A DNA stretch of 64,000 bases from Candidatus Acidiferrum sp. (lineage in GTDB: Bacteria; Acidobacteriota; Terriglobia; Acidiferrales; UBA7541). This document shows, piece by piece, positions 32,090-42,531 of the stretch. Under the pieces are notes generated by a model. That model was not told where the DNA came from. It saw only the letters and a list, made by a program, of their open reading frames with translations, and did no database searches. The DNA lies in assembly GCA_035309625.1 (NCBI GenBank), contig DATGEY010000027.1:945-64944 (forward strand), given 5' to 3'. Each line of letters starts with the position of its first letter. Position 1 is the stretch's first letter. The translations under genes were made by a program, and so were the position numbers.

Positions 32090-32470
32090 TCACACCGTGC
32101 GCTGCACGAAAATTCCAGCGAGATACTGCTTGTTGCGGATGGCGACTATGGTCCAGAGCACAACTACGAGAATAGCCAGTGGCAGACCAACCGGCGCCAT
32201 CAATAGGTGAAAGACGACAATGTTCACGATGACCGGTCCGAGGATTAGCAGCGCCAGAGGCACGAAGCGGTTGATCAGCAACAGCAGGCCGCCAAGGACC
32301 TGCACCGCGAAGATGACCACCCAATAGTGCGAAGCAATGATCACCGTCAGGAATTGAAGCGCGAGACCGGTGGGCAGAGGCATCGGAAGAAAACGCAGAA
32401 AGCCGTTCAAGCCAAACACCAGGAAAATGAGGCCCAAGAGCAACCGTGCAACCAGCGATGCGATTTTCAT
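32090..32470 (-). CDS. DoxX-like membrane protein
   Basis: ARLLLGLIF.VFGLNGF, GGLLLL.NRFVPLAL, PVIVNI..FH. Confidence 0.8.
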   Translation of the reverse strand: MKIASLVARLLLGLIFLVFGLNGFLRFLPMPLPTGLALQFLTVIIASHYWVVIFAVQVLGGLLLLINRFVPLALLILGPVIVNIVVFHLLMAPVGLPLAILVVVLWTIVAIRNKQYLAGIFVQRTV

Positions 32471-32619
32471 GCGAGTTCTCCGTCCGCGTGATGTAACAAA
32501 TGACGACTGACTCCGCCAACAGGCAACCCTTTCAGGCTATCTAACCGATGAAAAAAAGAGGGATGGGGTTACATCGGCCGGACCTCTCCGCCGCCCTGTT
32601 TGGAATCGCGCCTAAATCG

Positions 32620-32763
32620 CTAGAACCATTCGCTGCGGTAAGCGATCCACCAACTGAGCGCGCCGATGGGCAGTGTGGCGGCGACGGCCCACCAGAAGGG
32701 CAGGGCCAGGTCCGCAATCAGGCCGATGATAGCGAAGGTCATCCAAAAGATTTTGCGCTGCAT
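32620..32763 (-). CDS. 47-aa small membrane protein (below the ORF-track length cutoff)
   Basis: Own translation: MQRKIFWMTFAIIGLIADLALPFWWAVAATLPIGALSWWIAYRSEWF; ATG to TAG with GC-ending codons. Confidence 0.65.
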   Translation of the reverse strand: MQRKIFWMTFAIIGLIADLALPFWWAVAATLPIGALSWWIAYRSEWF

Positions 32764-32946
32764 CGGAATAGTCTAGCGAATGGTGGTATTAAAGCGGATA
32801 TCCAAATCCGTAGGGGTTTCGCCTGCCAACGAAACCTCACGCGAATTTCACGTGGAATAGGGTAAATGACGTTAGGTTGACTCGCGCTTACGGGTGCCGC
32901 TGCAAAGAAGGTGCAAGAATCCGCGCCAATCTCCTTTGCTGCGGCT

Positions 32947-33261
32947 TCATTTCAAGAGCCCGCGCACTTGCGTGGTTAGCATCTCTTGCGCTTTCTTGGC
33001 GGGAATCATGCGCTCGAATACGCCGAGATCAGCGTCAATGGTCAGGTCGGTATCCGTGACTTCCACCGTACCTTTAATCGGCGAACTGAGGAAACCCATC
33101 TTGGCGGTCAGCGCAAAAGTCATCGTCGAGCCTTGCCAACTTTTCTGCTGCGGAACGATATTCACCGGCAATCCGGTGCCCTTGAAAAGATCGTCGAAGG
33201 AGCGATCGACGGACCCCATCACTTCTTCTTTGGTTCGATGGTGCGAAACGGTGATGCGCAT
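32947..33261 (-). CDS. Polyhydroxyalkanoic acid system family protein (PHA_gran_rgn-like)
   Basis: MRITVSH...W.G..MTF...IKGTVEVTD pattern, 104 aa. Confidence 0.65.
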   Translation of the reverse strand: MRITVSHHRTKEEVMGSVDRSFDDLFKGTGLPVNIVPQQKSWQGSTMTFALTAKMGFLSSPIKGTVEVTDTDLTIDADLGVFERMIPAKKAQEMLTTQVRGLLK

Positions 33262-33302
33262 ATTTGTTGGTCCCCGCGCGGCATCCCTGGGCTGAAGCCA
33301 GC

Positions 33303-34622
33303 CTACATCTTACCGCGAAGATGCAGGGAGGCGCCCAGAACCAGCCAGATGGCCAGGGCAACCCACTCCGGTTGCGTGAAGTGGCCAGGAAAGGCCGGCA
33401 CCAGTTTCATCAGCAGGAGAAGCGCAGCCACCAGCATTCCCAGCAAGGTTACGGCGCGGGACCGCAACTTCCGCTCGATCAGAAAAAACGACACGCAAGT
33501 GGCCAACCACCCGAACGCCGACGCCATCGAGCCGACTTCCGTTACCGGCACCAGCAGCGCGTCCCCAAGTAAAAGGCCCGCAATGGTTCCTATCGCGATG
33601 CCAACAATGGCCACCGAGGGAGTTTGATATCTTTCGTGGATGCGGCCGAAGGCTACGGGAATCGTTTGGCGCCGCCCGTAAGCGAACAGCAACCGGCTGG
33701 AGGCCACAAAATTTCCATTGAAGCACTGGAAAAGTCCAAAAAAGGCAATGACTAGAATCAAGCGCACCGGCCAGTGCGCCCCTAGCGATTGCTCGAAAGC
33801 GATGGCGGTGGCAAAGCGTTTGCCGAGCAGGCTTTGCCACGGCGCGACGTAGCCCACCGCTACGATGGAGAGTGCGTAGAAACCGGCTCCGATCAGAAGC
33901 GCGAGTGCGATGGCGCGCATGTAACCGGCGCGCTTGAATCCGGGATTGGCTTCTTCCGCGCACTTGGGTGCGGACTCAAAACCAGTAAGAAAGTACGGAA
34001 CGATTTGCAGAGTAAGAAGGATCGAGACAAACGGGTTTGCGCGGAACAGCGGTTGAAAATTGGTTGGCGAGCCTCGCCATGCGCTGATGCCCAGCAGCAA
34101 CAAAAAGAGAAAAATGACCGTGCTCGCCGTCCAGTTCTGAAAGGTCGCGCTCAGCCGTATGCCGCGGTAATTCAGAAACGCCAGAAAGACAGTCATGGCC
34201 GCGCCAAGCAGGAGACGCGGCAGAAAAACCGGCTGGCCGGCAACGCTGTAGAGCGCCAAAGAATTGAGCCATGGAAAAATATAAGCGGCGACTTTACCGA
34301 TGGCCACCGCCTCCCACGGACAAACGATAAAGTAAGCCAGCAGCATGACCCAGCCGGTGAAAAAACTGACGATGGGCGGAAAAACTTGCGCGGTGTAGGC
34401 CGCTTCGCTGGCCGCGTCAGGCAATCGCTGCACCCATTGCCCGTAAACATAGCCGACCGGGAGCAGTAGGAAGCCGCCCAGTGCGAAACCCAGTGCGGCG
34501 CCGAGGGGTCCCCCGCGCCCCAGCCAGTCGTCCATCAGCACCAGCCAGCCGACCCCCACCATCGTGCCGAAGGCGAGAGTGAAATAATCCGTGACGCGAA
34601 GCTCGCGCGCTAGGTTGGGCAT
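33303..34622 (-). CDS. APC-family amino acid permease
   Basis: FGTMVGVGW, GFES...AEE, SRLLFA, HERYQTP; about 12 TM helices. Confidence 0.9.
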   Translation of the reverse strand: MPNLARELRVTDYFTLAFGTMVGVGWLVLMDDWLGRGGPLGAALGFALGGFLLLPVGYVYGQWVQRLPDAASEAAYTAQVFPPIVSFFTGWVMLLAYFIVCPWEAVAIGKVAAYIFPWLNSLALYSVAGQPVFLPRLLLGAAMTVFLAFLNYRGIRLSATFQNWTASTVIFLFLLLLGISAWRGSPTNFQPLFRANPFVSILLTLQIVPYFLTGFESAPKCAEEANPGFKRAGYMRAIALALLIGAGFYALSIVAVGYVAPWQSLLGKRFATAIAFEQSLGAHWPVRLILVIAFFGLFQCFNGNFVASSRLLFAYGRRQTIPVAFGRIHERYQTPSVAIVGIAIGTIAGLLLGDALLVPVTEVGSMASAFGWLATCVSFFLIERKLRSRAVTLLGMLVAALLLLMKLVPAFPGHFTQPEWVALAIWLVLGASLHLRGKM

Positions 34623-34864
34623 TTTTTCTTGACCTGCTCGGTCGTGATGTTTCGCAACTCCGGTCTGCCTGCCGCAGCCTGGCAGGATCACGCTTCGCAA
34701 AGAATACTCGGTCGCGCGATTTTACACAGATTAAACGCAGGTCGCCCAGTTTTGACCACCGGCTCGGCAAAAATCTGCTCCCCGCGAAAAACCAGCTACC
34801 GGCGGCCCGCCCTACAGGTTTGCGCGGATGCCGCGCCGGCGTGGCGTGGGCTACACTGTTTGCT

Positions 34865-35767
34865 ATGAAACCTCGCAAACTCATCAAGGAAGCGGCACGT
34901 ATCGCTTCGCCATACTGCATTACGGACGGGAAGAAATTCCGCCTCAAGGATTTTGATCCCGCCGACACCAACGGCATGAAATCCAAGAAGCATGCGGAAA
35001 AACTGCTCGAGCACAGCAACCTCATGCTCACCGAAATGCAAGAGAAGCTTTACGCGCAGGATGTTTGGGCGCTGCTGCTGATCTTTCAGGGTATGGATGC
35101 CGCAGGCAAGGACGGCGCCATCAAACACGTGATGTCCGGAATAAATCCGCAGGGTTGCGACGTTTACGCGTTCAAGGCCCCCACGCATGAAGAGCTGGAA
35201 CACGATTTCCTTTGGCGGGAACACAAGGTCGTTCCCAGCCGCGGAAAAATCGGAATCTTTAACCGCTCCTACTACGAAGAAGTTCTGGTGGTGCGGGTCC
35301 ATCCGCCATTTTTGAACGCGGAAAAATTGCCGGATGAGCTGGTTACCAAGCACATCTGGAAAGAGCGCTATGAGGACATCAATTGGTTCGAAAAATTCCT
35401 GTCGCGCAACGGCGTGCTGATCCGGAAATTCTTTCTTAACATCTCCAAAGAGGAGCAGAAAAAGCGATTTCTGGAGCGCCTGAACGATTCGAAAAAAAAC
35501 TGGAAGTTTTCCATGGACGACATCAAGGAACGAAAATGCTGGGACGACTACCACGAAGCTTTCGAAGAGATGGTCCAGAACACCGCCACCAAACGCGCAC
35601 CATGGTTTGTGGTTCCCGCCGACAACAAATGGTACGCCCGGCTGGTGGTGGCCTCCGCGATTATCGAAGCCCTGGACGGACTGGATCTGGCCTTCCCCGA
35701 CGTGGACAAGGACAAGAAGAAGGAACTGGGCCAGATTCGCGACGCACTGTTGCAGGGAGAGGATTAA
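34865..35767 (+). CDS. ppk2: Polyphosphate kinase 2 family protein (class III-like)
   Basis: QGMDAAGKDG Walker A, FKAP, FNRSYYE, WKF, PADNKW motifs. Confidence 0.92.
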   Translation: MKPRKLIKEAARIASPYCITDGKKFRLKDFDPADTNGMKSKKHAEKLLEHSNLMLTEMQEKLYAQDVWALLLIFQGMDAAGKDGAIKHVMSGINPQGCDVYAFKAPTHEELEHDFLWREHKVVPSRGKIGIFNRSYYEEVLVVRVHPPFLNAEKLPDELVTKHIWKERYEDINWFEKFLSRNGVLIRKFFLNISKEEQKKRFLERLNDSKKNWKFSMDDIKERKCWDDYHEAFEEMVQNTATKRAPWFVVPADNKWYARLVVASAIIEALDGLDLAFPDVDKDKKKELGQIRDALLQGED

Positions 35768-35817
35768 CGAATTTACCTAGGATGGCCACCGGATAATTTT
35801 CCGGCCCAGACTGGCGC

Positions 35818-38800
35818 TTACCTATTGTTTTTGTATTGGTAGAGCAACGTTGTCGGCATGCGGCCGGAGCGCTCCCGCGTGTTGTATTCCAGTTGGTAGC
35901 GCAGGTGGTCCACGTCTTCGGGATATTCCTTCCCTTCCGGATAGGGATAGGGGATTAGCGTGTGCCGCGGCAACGGTTCGACCGTGAACGCGTGGGCCGC
36001 GTAGAAATCCAGATCCTTTTCAAAGCCATTGGCGTAGAAAAAATAATCGCGGATCCAGCCGGCCGGAAGCGTCCGGAGTTTTCGCGGATCGAAATCCAGC
36101 TTCACGCCCTCCCCGGAACTGAACACCACGAAGCGGTCGTCCGGCGTTTGCAGCAGCTGCCGGACGTCGCCGTAACGCGTGTAATTGCCGGCCGCCCGCG
36201 CATAGGGTCCGCTCTTGCTGCGGTCGGTGTAGGAGTACGTGGTGTCGCTCGCGGGCGTGAGCCGAATTTCGCGCGGGTAGCCCAGAAAATCCAGCGCGGC
36301 ATCGGCCAGCGGAACTTCCGCGACGCGTACATTGCTCTGCGCCGGCGTCTGGTCGATCCGAATCGCGTCCCAATAAATTTTCAGGTTGTTGACGATGCGA
36401 ATCCGGCGCGTGCCAGCTGCCAGCTTACCTGTGAGATCGGCCACCATGGTACGCTCCAGCCCCGCCGGGAATCCCATATCGTCGACCACCCGCACCCATT
36501 GGCCTTGCGCGTTCAGCGCTTCCACGTACGGCGCAATCACCTTGATCCCCGATTGATCCGCGGCATACATGGAAGTCGCCGTGAAATAATCGGTGTACCC
36601 ATCGATGATCAATCGCAGCGGCCGGGCCGCGTCCCACGCGCCCAGGTCCAGCTCCAGCCAGTGCAATTTCGCAAAACCGGCGAACGCCATCCCCTCCAGA
36701 CTCGTGACAAATTTACGATCGTGCCACGCGATCAGCGCCAGCACGTCGTTGCCATGCTCGTCCCAGGCGCCTGCGGGTGCATGCGCGTCACGGCTGGCCA
36801 CCACGCCGAATTCCGGAAAGGGTGGCGCGCTGACAAATCGCTCGTTGGGATAAACATCGTAAGCCGCGGGATGATCCACGGCCAGCAACCGCACCTGATC
36901 CAAGTATACCGTTTCTTCCATCGGCTCCATGAAGCGGAAACTCAGCAGACCGTTGCGCGGGCGCACGCTGTTCGCGTTGACTTTCAAATACTCGTCGGGA
37001 TCGGGAACGTCGCGCTCCCCAGGCGCCACCCAGTGGCCCACCACGCCGGGACCGAGCATGTCCGCGATGAATTCGTACTCCCGCCCGTTCCATGCAAACA
37101 ACACCGGGCACGAACTGCCGCGGCGGTCCAGTTCCCCGATGCTGTGCTCTTTTTTTGCCGCCAGGTTGATTTCATCCTGCGGCACCCCGGTGGGCCAAAG
37201 CAGCCGCACCACTTCCACATTTTTTTCCGCGCCGAGCCCCGCGAGAATCGCCGGAGCGTTCTGCCCCAGATAGCCGGATGCCCCTTGCGCTTCCCATTTT
37301 TGGTAAAGGGGCCCGGCATAAATTTCGACCTTGGTGCCGATGGCGCTCTTGTTGTCGTTCAGCGCCTTCAAATCGATCCGCATCCAGTTTTGCCGATTGC
37401 CGCCTTCGTTGCGAAGCAGCATCGGCGGCGCGCCCACTTGCGTGATCACCAGGTCGGCCGCGCCCGTCCCGGCAACGTCGGCGACGGCAATGGCCCGCGG
37501 CTCCGACAGTTTCACGCCCTCGAGATGAACCTCCCGCGTCACGTCGGCAAAACCGGACGCGCCGAGATTGCGCAGCAGCCGCACTTGGCCGCCAGCGCTC
37601 GATTCTCCTACGGCCACTAGATCAAGCCAGCCGTCATTATCGTAATCCAGCGCAGAAATTCCCCAGCCGCGCTGCCATCCAAAATCCGGCAGCGGTACGC
37701 GCTCCAGCCGCTTGCCTTCCACGTTGCGCCACAGGCTGATGCCCGGTGCGCCGGCGTGTGTGAACGCCAGGTCCATCCAGCCGTCTTTATCGAAATCGAA
37801 GGCGGCCACGCCGGCCGCGGGCGGAAGATTTTCTTTCGCGAAATCGATGCCCGCCAGCGCGGAAAATCGTCCTTCGCGCGGATTCAAGTAGATCGCCGCG
37901 CCCGCACTCCCGCCCGCAAGAACGAAATCGATGGCCCGGTCGTTGTTGAAATCGGAAGTGACCAGCCCACCGCTCGTTCCATCAATGTCCAGTCCGGTCT
38001 CGGCGGAAACGTCGGTGAACGTGCTGTTGCCGTTGTTCCGCCACAAAACATTGTGCCCTTTGCCGCTGGCCCCCGCAGGGCCCGTCGCCGCCGTGATGTA
38101 CAGATCCAAATCGCCATCGTGATCGTAATCGACAAAAGTCACGCCAACGCAGCCTGGCTCGCGGCGAATTCCTACCGTCTGCGTCACGTCCGCAAACTTG
38201 CCGTCGCCTTGGTTGCGCAGCAAATGCACGCCGTCGCTCAGGCAAACCGCCAGATCGGTGTGGCCGTCATTGTCGAAATCGCCCGCCGCGCAACCCAGTC
38301 CGCTGCCCTTCAGCGCCAATCCCGCTTCATCGGTCACATCAACGAATCGCCCATCGCCGGCGTTGCGCAGCAAGCGGCTCGTGCCATCGCTCAAAGCGCT
38401 CACCAAAAACAGATCGGGCTTGCCGTCACCGTCGTAATCGAGAAAACACGCGCCCGTGCTGGGGCCCGGTAGTTTCGCGCCCGCGCCGGCTGCGCTGGCG
38501 GCCATCGGCTGCTCGCGGTAGCTCACCGGAATCGCGGGCGGGGCCGTTAGCATCCCGCTGCGTCCGAGTTCGGCCAGCGAGTAGCGGCCTTGATCGCCAT
38601 AACCCGCCCCGAAGGGAGTGCCCAAATGCTCGGTGGTAATTTTCTGAAAGCGCGCCAGATGCTGCCGCGCCGCATCCGAATTGCCCTTACGTTGGTAAGC
38701 GCGAGCGATGCCGAATTCGGAGGAAGCATGATACGGAAATGCGTTAATCGCTTTCTGAAATTCGGCGATAGCTTCATCGTAGCGCTGCAGTTGCGTGTAA

Positions 38801-39288
38801 AGGTAGCCGAGGAAATAATGCGCGTCGGCTTCCGGCGAAAGCTGCGTGACCTGCCGGAAGGCGTCCACGCCCTTTTCCGGCGCGCTGGTATCTTTATAGA
38901 CCAGCCCCAGGTTGTACCACCCGTAGGGATCCTTGGGCAGCAGCCGCGTCGCTTCCTCCAAAGCCGCCCGCGCCGGCTCCAGCTTCTGCTGGCTGAGCAG
39001 CGAGATACCCAGGTTCAGCCGCGCAATGGTGAATTTTGGATCGGCCGCCAGAGCCTTTTCAAAATATTTTTGCGCTTCCGCGAATTTCTGCTGGTTCATG
39101 TACGCTACGCCCAGCGTATTGTTGCGAAAGGCTTCCGCCTCATTATTTTGCGACTCGGATTTCGCCGGGGCTTGCGCCTTTCGCCCGGCGCTGCCGTCCC
39201 GCCAGCGCACCGCCGGAATGGCGATGCAAAAGAAAGCAGGGACGCAGAACAGGAGCAGCACAATTCCGGGCCGGTACGCACGTAGCAT
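35818..39288 (-). CDS. Secreted TPR + FG-GAP/VCBS repeat + ASPIC/UnbV (CRTAC1-like) protein with an extra C-terminal domain
   Basis: Signal-like N-terminus, TPR repeats, DYDGDGKPDL/DFDNDGHTDL repeats, AIGTKV...WPTG UnbV segment, then an SSCP domain; start at 39288 or 39327. Confidence 0.85.
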   Translation of the reverse strand: MLRAYRPGIVLLLFCVPAFFCIAIPAVRWRDGSAGRKAQAPAKSESQNNEAEAFRNNTLGVAYMNQQKFAEAQKYFEKALAADPKFTIARLNLGISLLSQQKLEPARAALEEATRLLPKDPYGWYNLGLVYKDTSAPEKGVDAFRQVTQLSPEADAHYFLGYLYTQLQRYDEAIAEFQKAINAFPYHASSEFGIARAYQRKGNSDAARQHLARFQKITTEHLGTPFGAGYGDQGRYSLAELGRSGMLTAPPAIPVSYREQPMAASAAGAGAKLPGPSTGACFLDYDGDGKPDLFLVSALSDGTSRLLRNAGDGRFVDVTDEAGLALKGSGLGCAAGDFDNDGHTDLAVCLSDGVHLLRNQGDGKFADVTQTVGIRREPGCVGVTFVDYDHDGDLDLYITAATGPAGASGKGHNVLWRNNGNSTFTDVSAETGLDIDGTSGGLVTSDFNNDRAIDFVLAGGSAGAAIYLNPREGRFSALAGIDFAKENLPPAAGVAAFDFDKDGWMDLAFTHAGAPGISLWRNVEGKRLERVPLPDFGWQRGWGISALDYDNDGWLDLVAVGESSAGGQVRLLRNLGASGFADVTREVHLEGVKLSEPRAIAVADVAGTGAADLVITQVGAPPMLLRNEGGNRQNWMRIDLKALNDNKSAIGTKVEIYAGPLYQKWEAQGASGYLGQNAPAILAGLGAEKNVEVVRLLWPTGVPQDEINLAAKKEHSIGELDRRGSSCPVLFAWNGREYEFIADMLGPGVVGHWVAPGERDVPDPDEYLKVNANSVRPRNGLLSFRFMEPMEETVYLDQVRLLAVDHPAAYDVYPNERFVSAPPFPEFGVVASRDAHAPAGAWDEHGNDVLALIAWHDRKFVTSLEGMAFAGFAKLHWLELDLGAWDAARPLRLIIDGYTDYFTATSMYAADQSGIKVIAPYVEALNAQGQWVRVVDDMGFPAGLERTMVADLTGKLAAGTRRIRIVNNLKIYWDAIRIDQTPAQSNVRVAEVPLADAALDFLGYPREIRLTPASDTTYSYTDRSKSGPYARAAGNYTRYGDVRQLLQTPDDRFVVFSSGEGVKLDFDPRKLRTLPAGWIRDYFFYANGFEKDLDFYAAHAFTVEPLPRHTLIPYPYPEGKEYPEDVDHLRYQLEYNTRERSGRMPTTLLYQYKNNR

Positions 39289-39483
39289 GAGGTTTTCGTC
39301 CTGTACGAATCGTTTGAAACTCGGCACAGACCGCCGCGCCGCAAGACGTCAACGATTTTCGCGGCTGGCCACCGCAGCGTCAAGCTGCCTTTTTCGGCAC
39401 ACCATGCGGCGCTGATCGAAATTCCCTCCGGGCGCGGCAACTTGACGCGCGGAAAAGACCCACTTACCCTCGCTATTCCCTAC

Positions 39484-40887
39484 ATGACGCCGCTACAGTA
39501 CCGAAGCATTGCCGAAATCACCCAAGCGGTGCGGTCGCAGCAGCTTGCCGCCGTGGACGTTGTCTCGGCGCACCTGGAACGCATAGAAGCGTTACACCCC
39601 AAGCTCAATGCCTTCGTTCATATCGATGCCGAGGCAGCACCCGCGCAAGCTCGCCGCATCGACGCTGCCGTGCGGGCCGGCGGCTCGCTCGGACCGCTGG
39701 CCGGTGTTCCCCTTTCCATCAAAAGTTGCATCGACGTAACAGGCTGGCCTTGCCCGGCGGGCTCTTTGCTGCGCAAGGGCTATGTTGCGCAGACCGATTC
39801 CGCGCTCACCGCGCGGCTGCGCGCGGCCGGCGCCATTCTCCTGGGCAACACCAACACCCCGGAATTCCTGATGGCCTACGAAACCGATAATTCCATCACC
39901 GGAAAGACCAGTAACCCCTGGGATTTGTCGCGCAGCGCGGGCGGCTCGAGCGGCGGCGAAGCGGCGGCCATCGCGGCGGGATGCTCTGCCGGCGGCGTGG
40001 GCAGCGACGGCGGCGGCTCGATTCGCGTGCCCGCGCATTTCAGCGGCATCTGCGGACTCAAACCCACGCCGGGAAGGATTCCGGCCACTGGCCATTTTCC
40101 AGGTGGCGGTGGCGCCTTCGCCTGGATCGGCGTGGTAGGTCCGATGGCACGAACGATCGCCGACGTACGCGCCCTGTTTGAAGTAATGGCGGGACCCGAT
40201 CCGGGGGATGCATGGTCCGCACCGGTGCCCTCTCGTTCCGTGGATGATTCGCATCTTAAAGGTTTGCGCGTAGGCGTTCTCGAAAGCGACGCCCTGGGAA
40301 AAGCCGACGCGGAAACCAATGCCGCCGTTCAGAAGGCCGCCAACGCGCTGGCTGCGCAAGGATTTGCGGTCGAACCGCTGCGCCTCGCCGGACTGGAGCG
40401 CGCCATCGAATTATGGTGGTTTTTCTTCGGCCCCGCGATCACGCATCTGTTTCAGCCCACCGTGCGGGGGCAGGAAGAGATGTTGAGCCCGATCTTCCGC
40501 GAATATCTTCAATTTGCCCGGGTGCCCGTGACTTTGGATGCGTTGCTGAGCGCGTGCGCGGAGCGCGATATGCTGCGCGCAAGCCTCTTGCGGCAAATGC
40601 ACGATGTCCCACTTCTAATCTCGCCTGTTTCCTCAACCACTGCGTTCCGCCACGGCGAAGGCGCTTGGAGGCCAGGCGCACCGCAATGCTACCGTGACAC
40701 CATGCGCTTTTCGCAGTGGCTCAATTTGGCCGGTTTTCCCGGAGTAAGCGTGCCGGTGAGCAGTTCGGCCGAAGGCCTGCCCATTGGGGTGCAAGTCATC
40801 GGACGACCGCACGAAGAGGAGTTCGTGCTCGCGGTCGCGGAACGGATCGAGAACGGACGCGGCCCCTGGCAAGCGCCGCAGATTTAG
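39484..40887 (+). CDS. Amidase-signature family amidase
   Basis: GPLAGVP.SIK, GGSSGG, GSDGGGSIRVPA, GLKPT. Confidence 0.9.
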   Translation: MTPLQYRSIAEITQAVRSQQLAAVDVVSAHLERIEALHPKLNAFVHIDAEAAPAQARRIDAAVRAGGSLGPLAGVPLSIKSCIDVTGWPCPAGSLLRKGYVAQTDSALTARLRAAGAILLGNTNTPEFLMAYETDNSITGKTSNPWDLSRSAGGSSGGEAAAIAAGCSAGGVGSDGGGSIRVPAHFSGICGLKPTPGRIPATGHFPGGGGAFAWIGVVGPMARTIADVRALFEVMAGPDPGDAWSAPVPSRSVDDSHLKGLRVGVLESDALGKADAETNAAVQKAANALAAQGFAVEPLRLAGLERAIELWWFFFGPAITHLFQPTVRGQEEMLSPIFREYLQFARVPVTLDALLSACAERDMLRASLLRQMHDVPLLISPVSSTTAFRHGEGAWRPGAPQCYRDTMRFSQWLNLAGFPGVSVPVSSSAEGLPIGVQVIGRPHEEEFVLAVAERIENGRGPWQAPQI

Positions 40888-40927
40888 AAAGCATTTGCGA
40901 AGCGGAAACACAAAGCGGTTCCTGGTT

Positions 40928-42331
40928 CTACTGCTGCGGCGGTTGGGCAAGTTCCGGATTGGGTACGCGCTGGTCGTCGAGCGATTCGCGGCGCTTGCTC
41001 AGATCGGCGTTCACCATTTTCTGGGCTGTGGCGAACTCTGTCTGCGCTTCCGCCTTGCGTCCCAGCCGCGCAAGAACCTGCCCACGCACGAAATGGACGC
41101 TCTGATTTCCCGGCGCCAGCCTCGCCGCCGCATCGACAGCCGTCAATGCTTCATGATACTTCCCTTGCCGCAGATCGATTTTGGCCAGGCCGAATAGCGA
41201 AGACGCCATCCGCGGATTGCGCTTCAGCGCCGCCTGAAAATATCTAACGGCTTCCTCGTTATTGCCGGCGCGCTGATAAAGTTGCGCCAGCTGCTCGTAG
41301 GTGTCCGGCAAGTCTGGCTCCACGGCCAGGTCCTTGCGGAACTCCGCTTCCGCTTCTTCCGTGTGTTCGAGCCGCAATTGCGCCAAACCCAGACTGAAAT
41401 GCACGAACGGCAAGTTGGGATTCGCTGCCGCCGCGCGCTGCAGCTCCGGAAGCGCCTTTTCCGGTTCTTCGCGGTTCAGATACGCTTTTCCGAGAATCAG
41501 GTGAAACTCCGGCTTTTCCGCGCCCACTTCCACCAGCCGGCTCAGCGCCCGATCATCCAATTCCTTGTGGTTGGCGTTGTGCGCCGCGATGTCCAACACA
41601 TACAAGTACATGAAATTTTCGGACTGCTGCGCCCAGATTGGCTCCAGCGCGGCCACCGCGTCGGCATAGTGCTCGGTGAAAACATCGCACAGCCCCAGCA
41701 GGTAGCGAGCCTGTTCTGATTCGGGTTGATCGCGAACCACCGAGGCCAGCGGCGCGATCGCTCCGGCATAGTCTCCAGTGCGATACTTCACCAGGCCAAT
41801 GTTCAGGCGGATGCCGGCCATTTTCGGCTCCAGCTTGGCCGCCTGCTGCAGCAGCGTGAGCGCATGGCCCCAATTCTTGCGGCGCATGGCAATGACGCCG
41901 AGGTTCGCGTACGCCGCGCCGGCAGCGGGATCGGCGGCCAGCACTTTGCGAAAGGCGGCTTCCGCGGTGTCCAAATCTCCGCGTTGCAGCGCGGCCTCCC
42001 CGCTGGCGAACGTCTTTGGCAAATCGCCCGTCGCTGGACTGCCGACGGAAGGTCCAGTGGTCTGCGCCCCATCGGATTTTGCTGGAATTCCCGAGGTAGG
42101 AACCGCTGCGGCAGCGCTTCCGCCGGGAGCCGCGAGGGATGCAACTAGAAAAAGTAGTACCAGAACTGGGGCGGTCAGCACCCAGCTAGTCTCCGGCAGC
42201 CCCAGACGGATTTCAAGTGCGGGAGTGAACGGGTCCGATGCCGCGGATTGAAGGCGAAGAAGGGAATGGGAGACCAGGCACGGAGGGTGGACCCACTGGC
42301 ATAGGCCCAGGAAACAACAAATTAGATACAA
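40928..42331 (-). CDS. Secreted tetratricopeptide repeat protein; true start uncertain and probably downstream of 42331
   Basis: Multiple TPR units (AYANLG, IRLNIG, ARYLLG, VHFSLG); hydrophobic stretch VLVLLFLVASLAA. Confidence 0.8.
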   Translation of the reverse strand: MYLICCFLGLCQWVHPPCLVSHSLLRLQSAASDPFTPALEIRLGLPETSWVLTAPVLVLLFLVASLAAPGGSAAAAVPTSGIPAKSDGAQTTGPSVGSPATGDLPKTFASGEAALQRGDLDTAEAAFRKVLAADPAAGAAYANLGVIAMRRKNWGHALTLLQQAAKLEPKMAGIRLNIGLVKYRTGDYAGAIAPLASVVRDQPESEQARYLLGLCDVFTEHYADAVAALEPIWAQQSENFMYLYVLDIAAHNANHKELDDRALSRLVEVGAEKPEFHLILGKAYLNREEPEKALPELQRAAAANPNLPFVHFSLGLAQLRLEHTEEAEAEFRKDLAVEPDLPDTYEQLAQLYQRAGNNEEAVRYFQAALKRNPRMASSLFGLAKIDLRQGKYHEALTAVDAAARLAPGNQSVHFVRGQVLARLGRKAEAQTEFATAQKMVNADLSKRRESLDDQRVPNPELAQPPQQ

Positions 42332-42340
42332 AAATGCCGC

Positions 42341-42369
42341 TTGACAGCAGCCCCATTATGCCGTATTAA
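42341..42369 (+). promoter_or_regulatory. Possible sigma70 promoter for the TonB-dependent receptor
   Basis: TTGACA (42341-42346), 17-nt spacer, TATTAA, in an AT-rich divergent intergenic region. Confidence 0.35.
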
Positions 42370-42531
42370 CTCGATTTAATAGACCGGTGCAATCTTGTTG
42401 TGGTCGAGTGGTGGGGGCTGTGGCCGAATGATGTCTTTGCGGCGATTCACGGACTTGACGTGCCAATCTTGCCAGGCGCATTTCCCCTTACAATTCCGCG
42501 ATTTGACTCTTGAAACCTTGGAGGTACTACT

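Noticed and set aside
32548-32865. + strand 105-aa ORF
   Set aside because: Antisense shadow of the 47-aa membrane ORF; no recognisable motifs
32912-32928. Sigma54 promoter (TGGCGCGGATTCTTGCA on the minus strand)
   Set aside because: GG-to-GC spacing is 11 nt instead of the required 10
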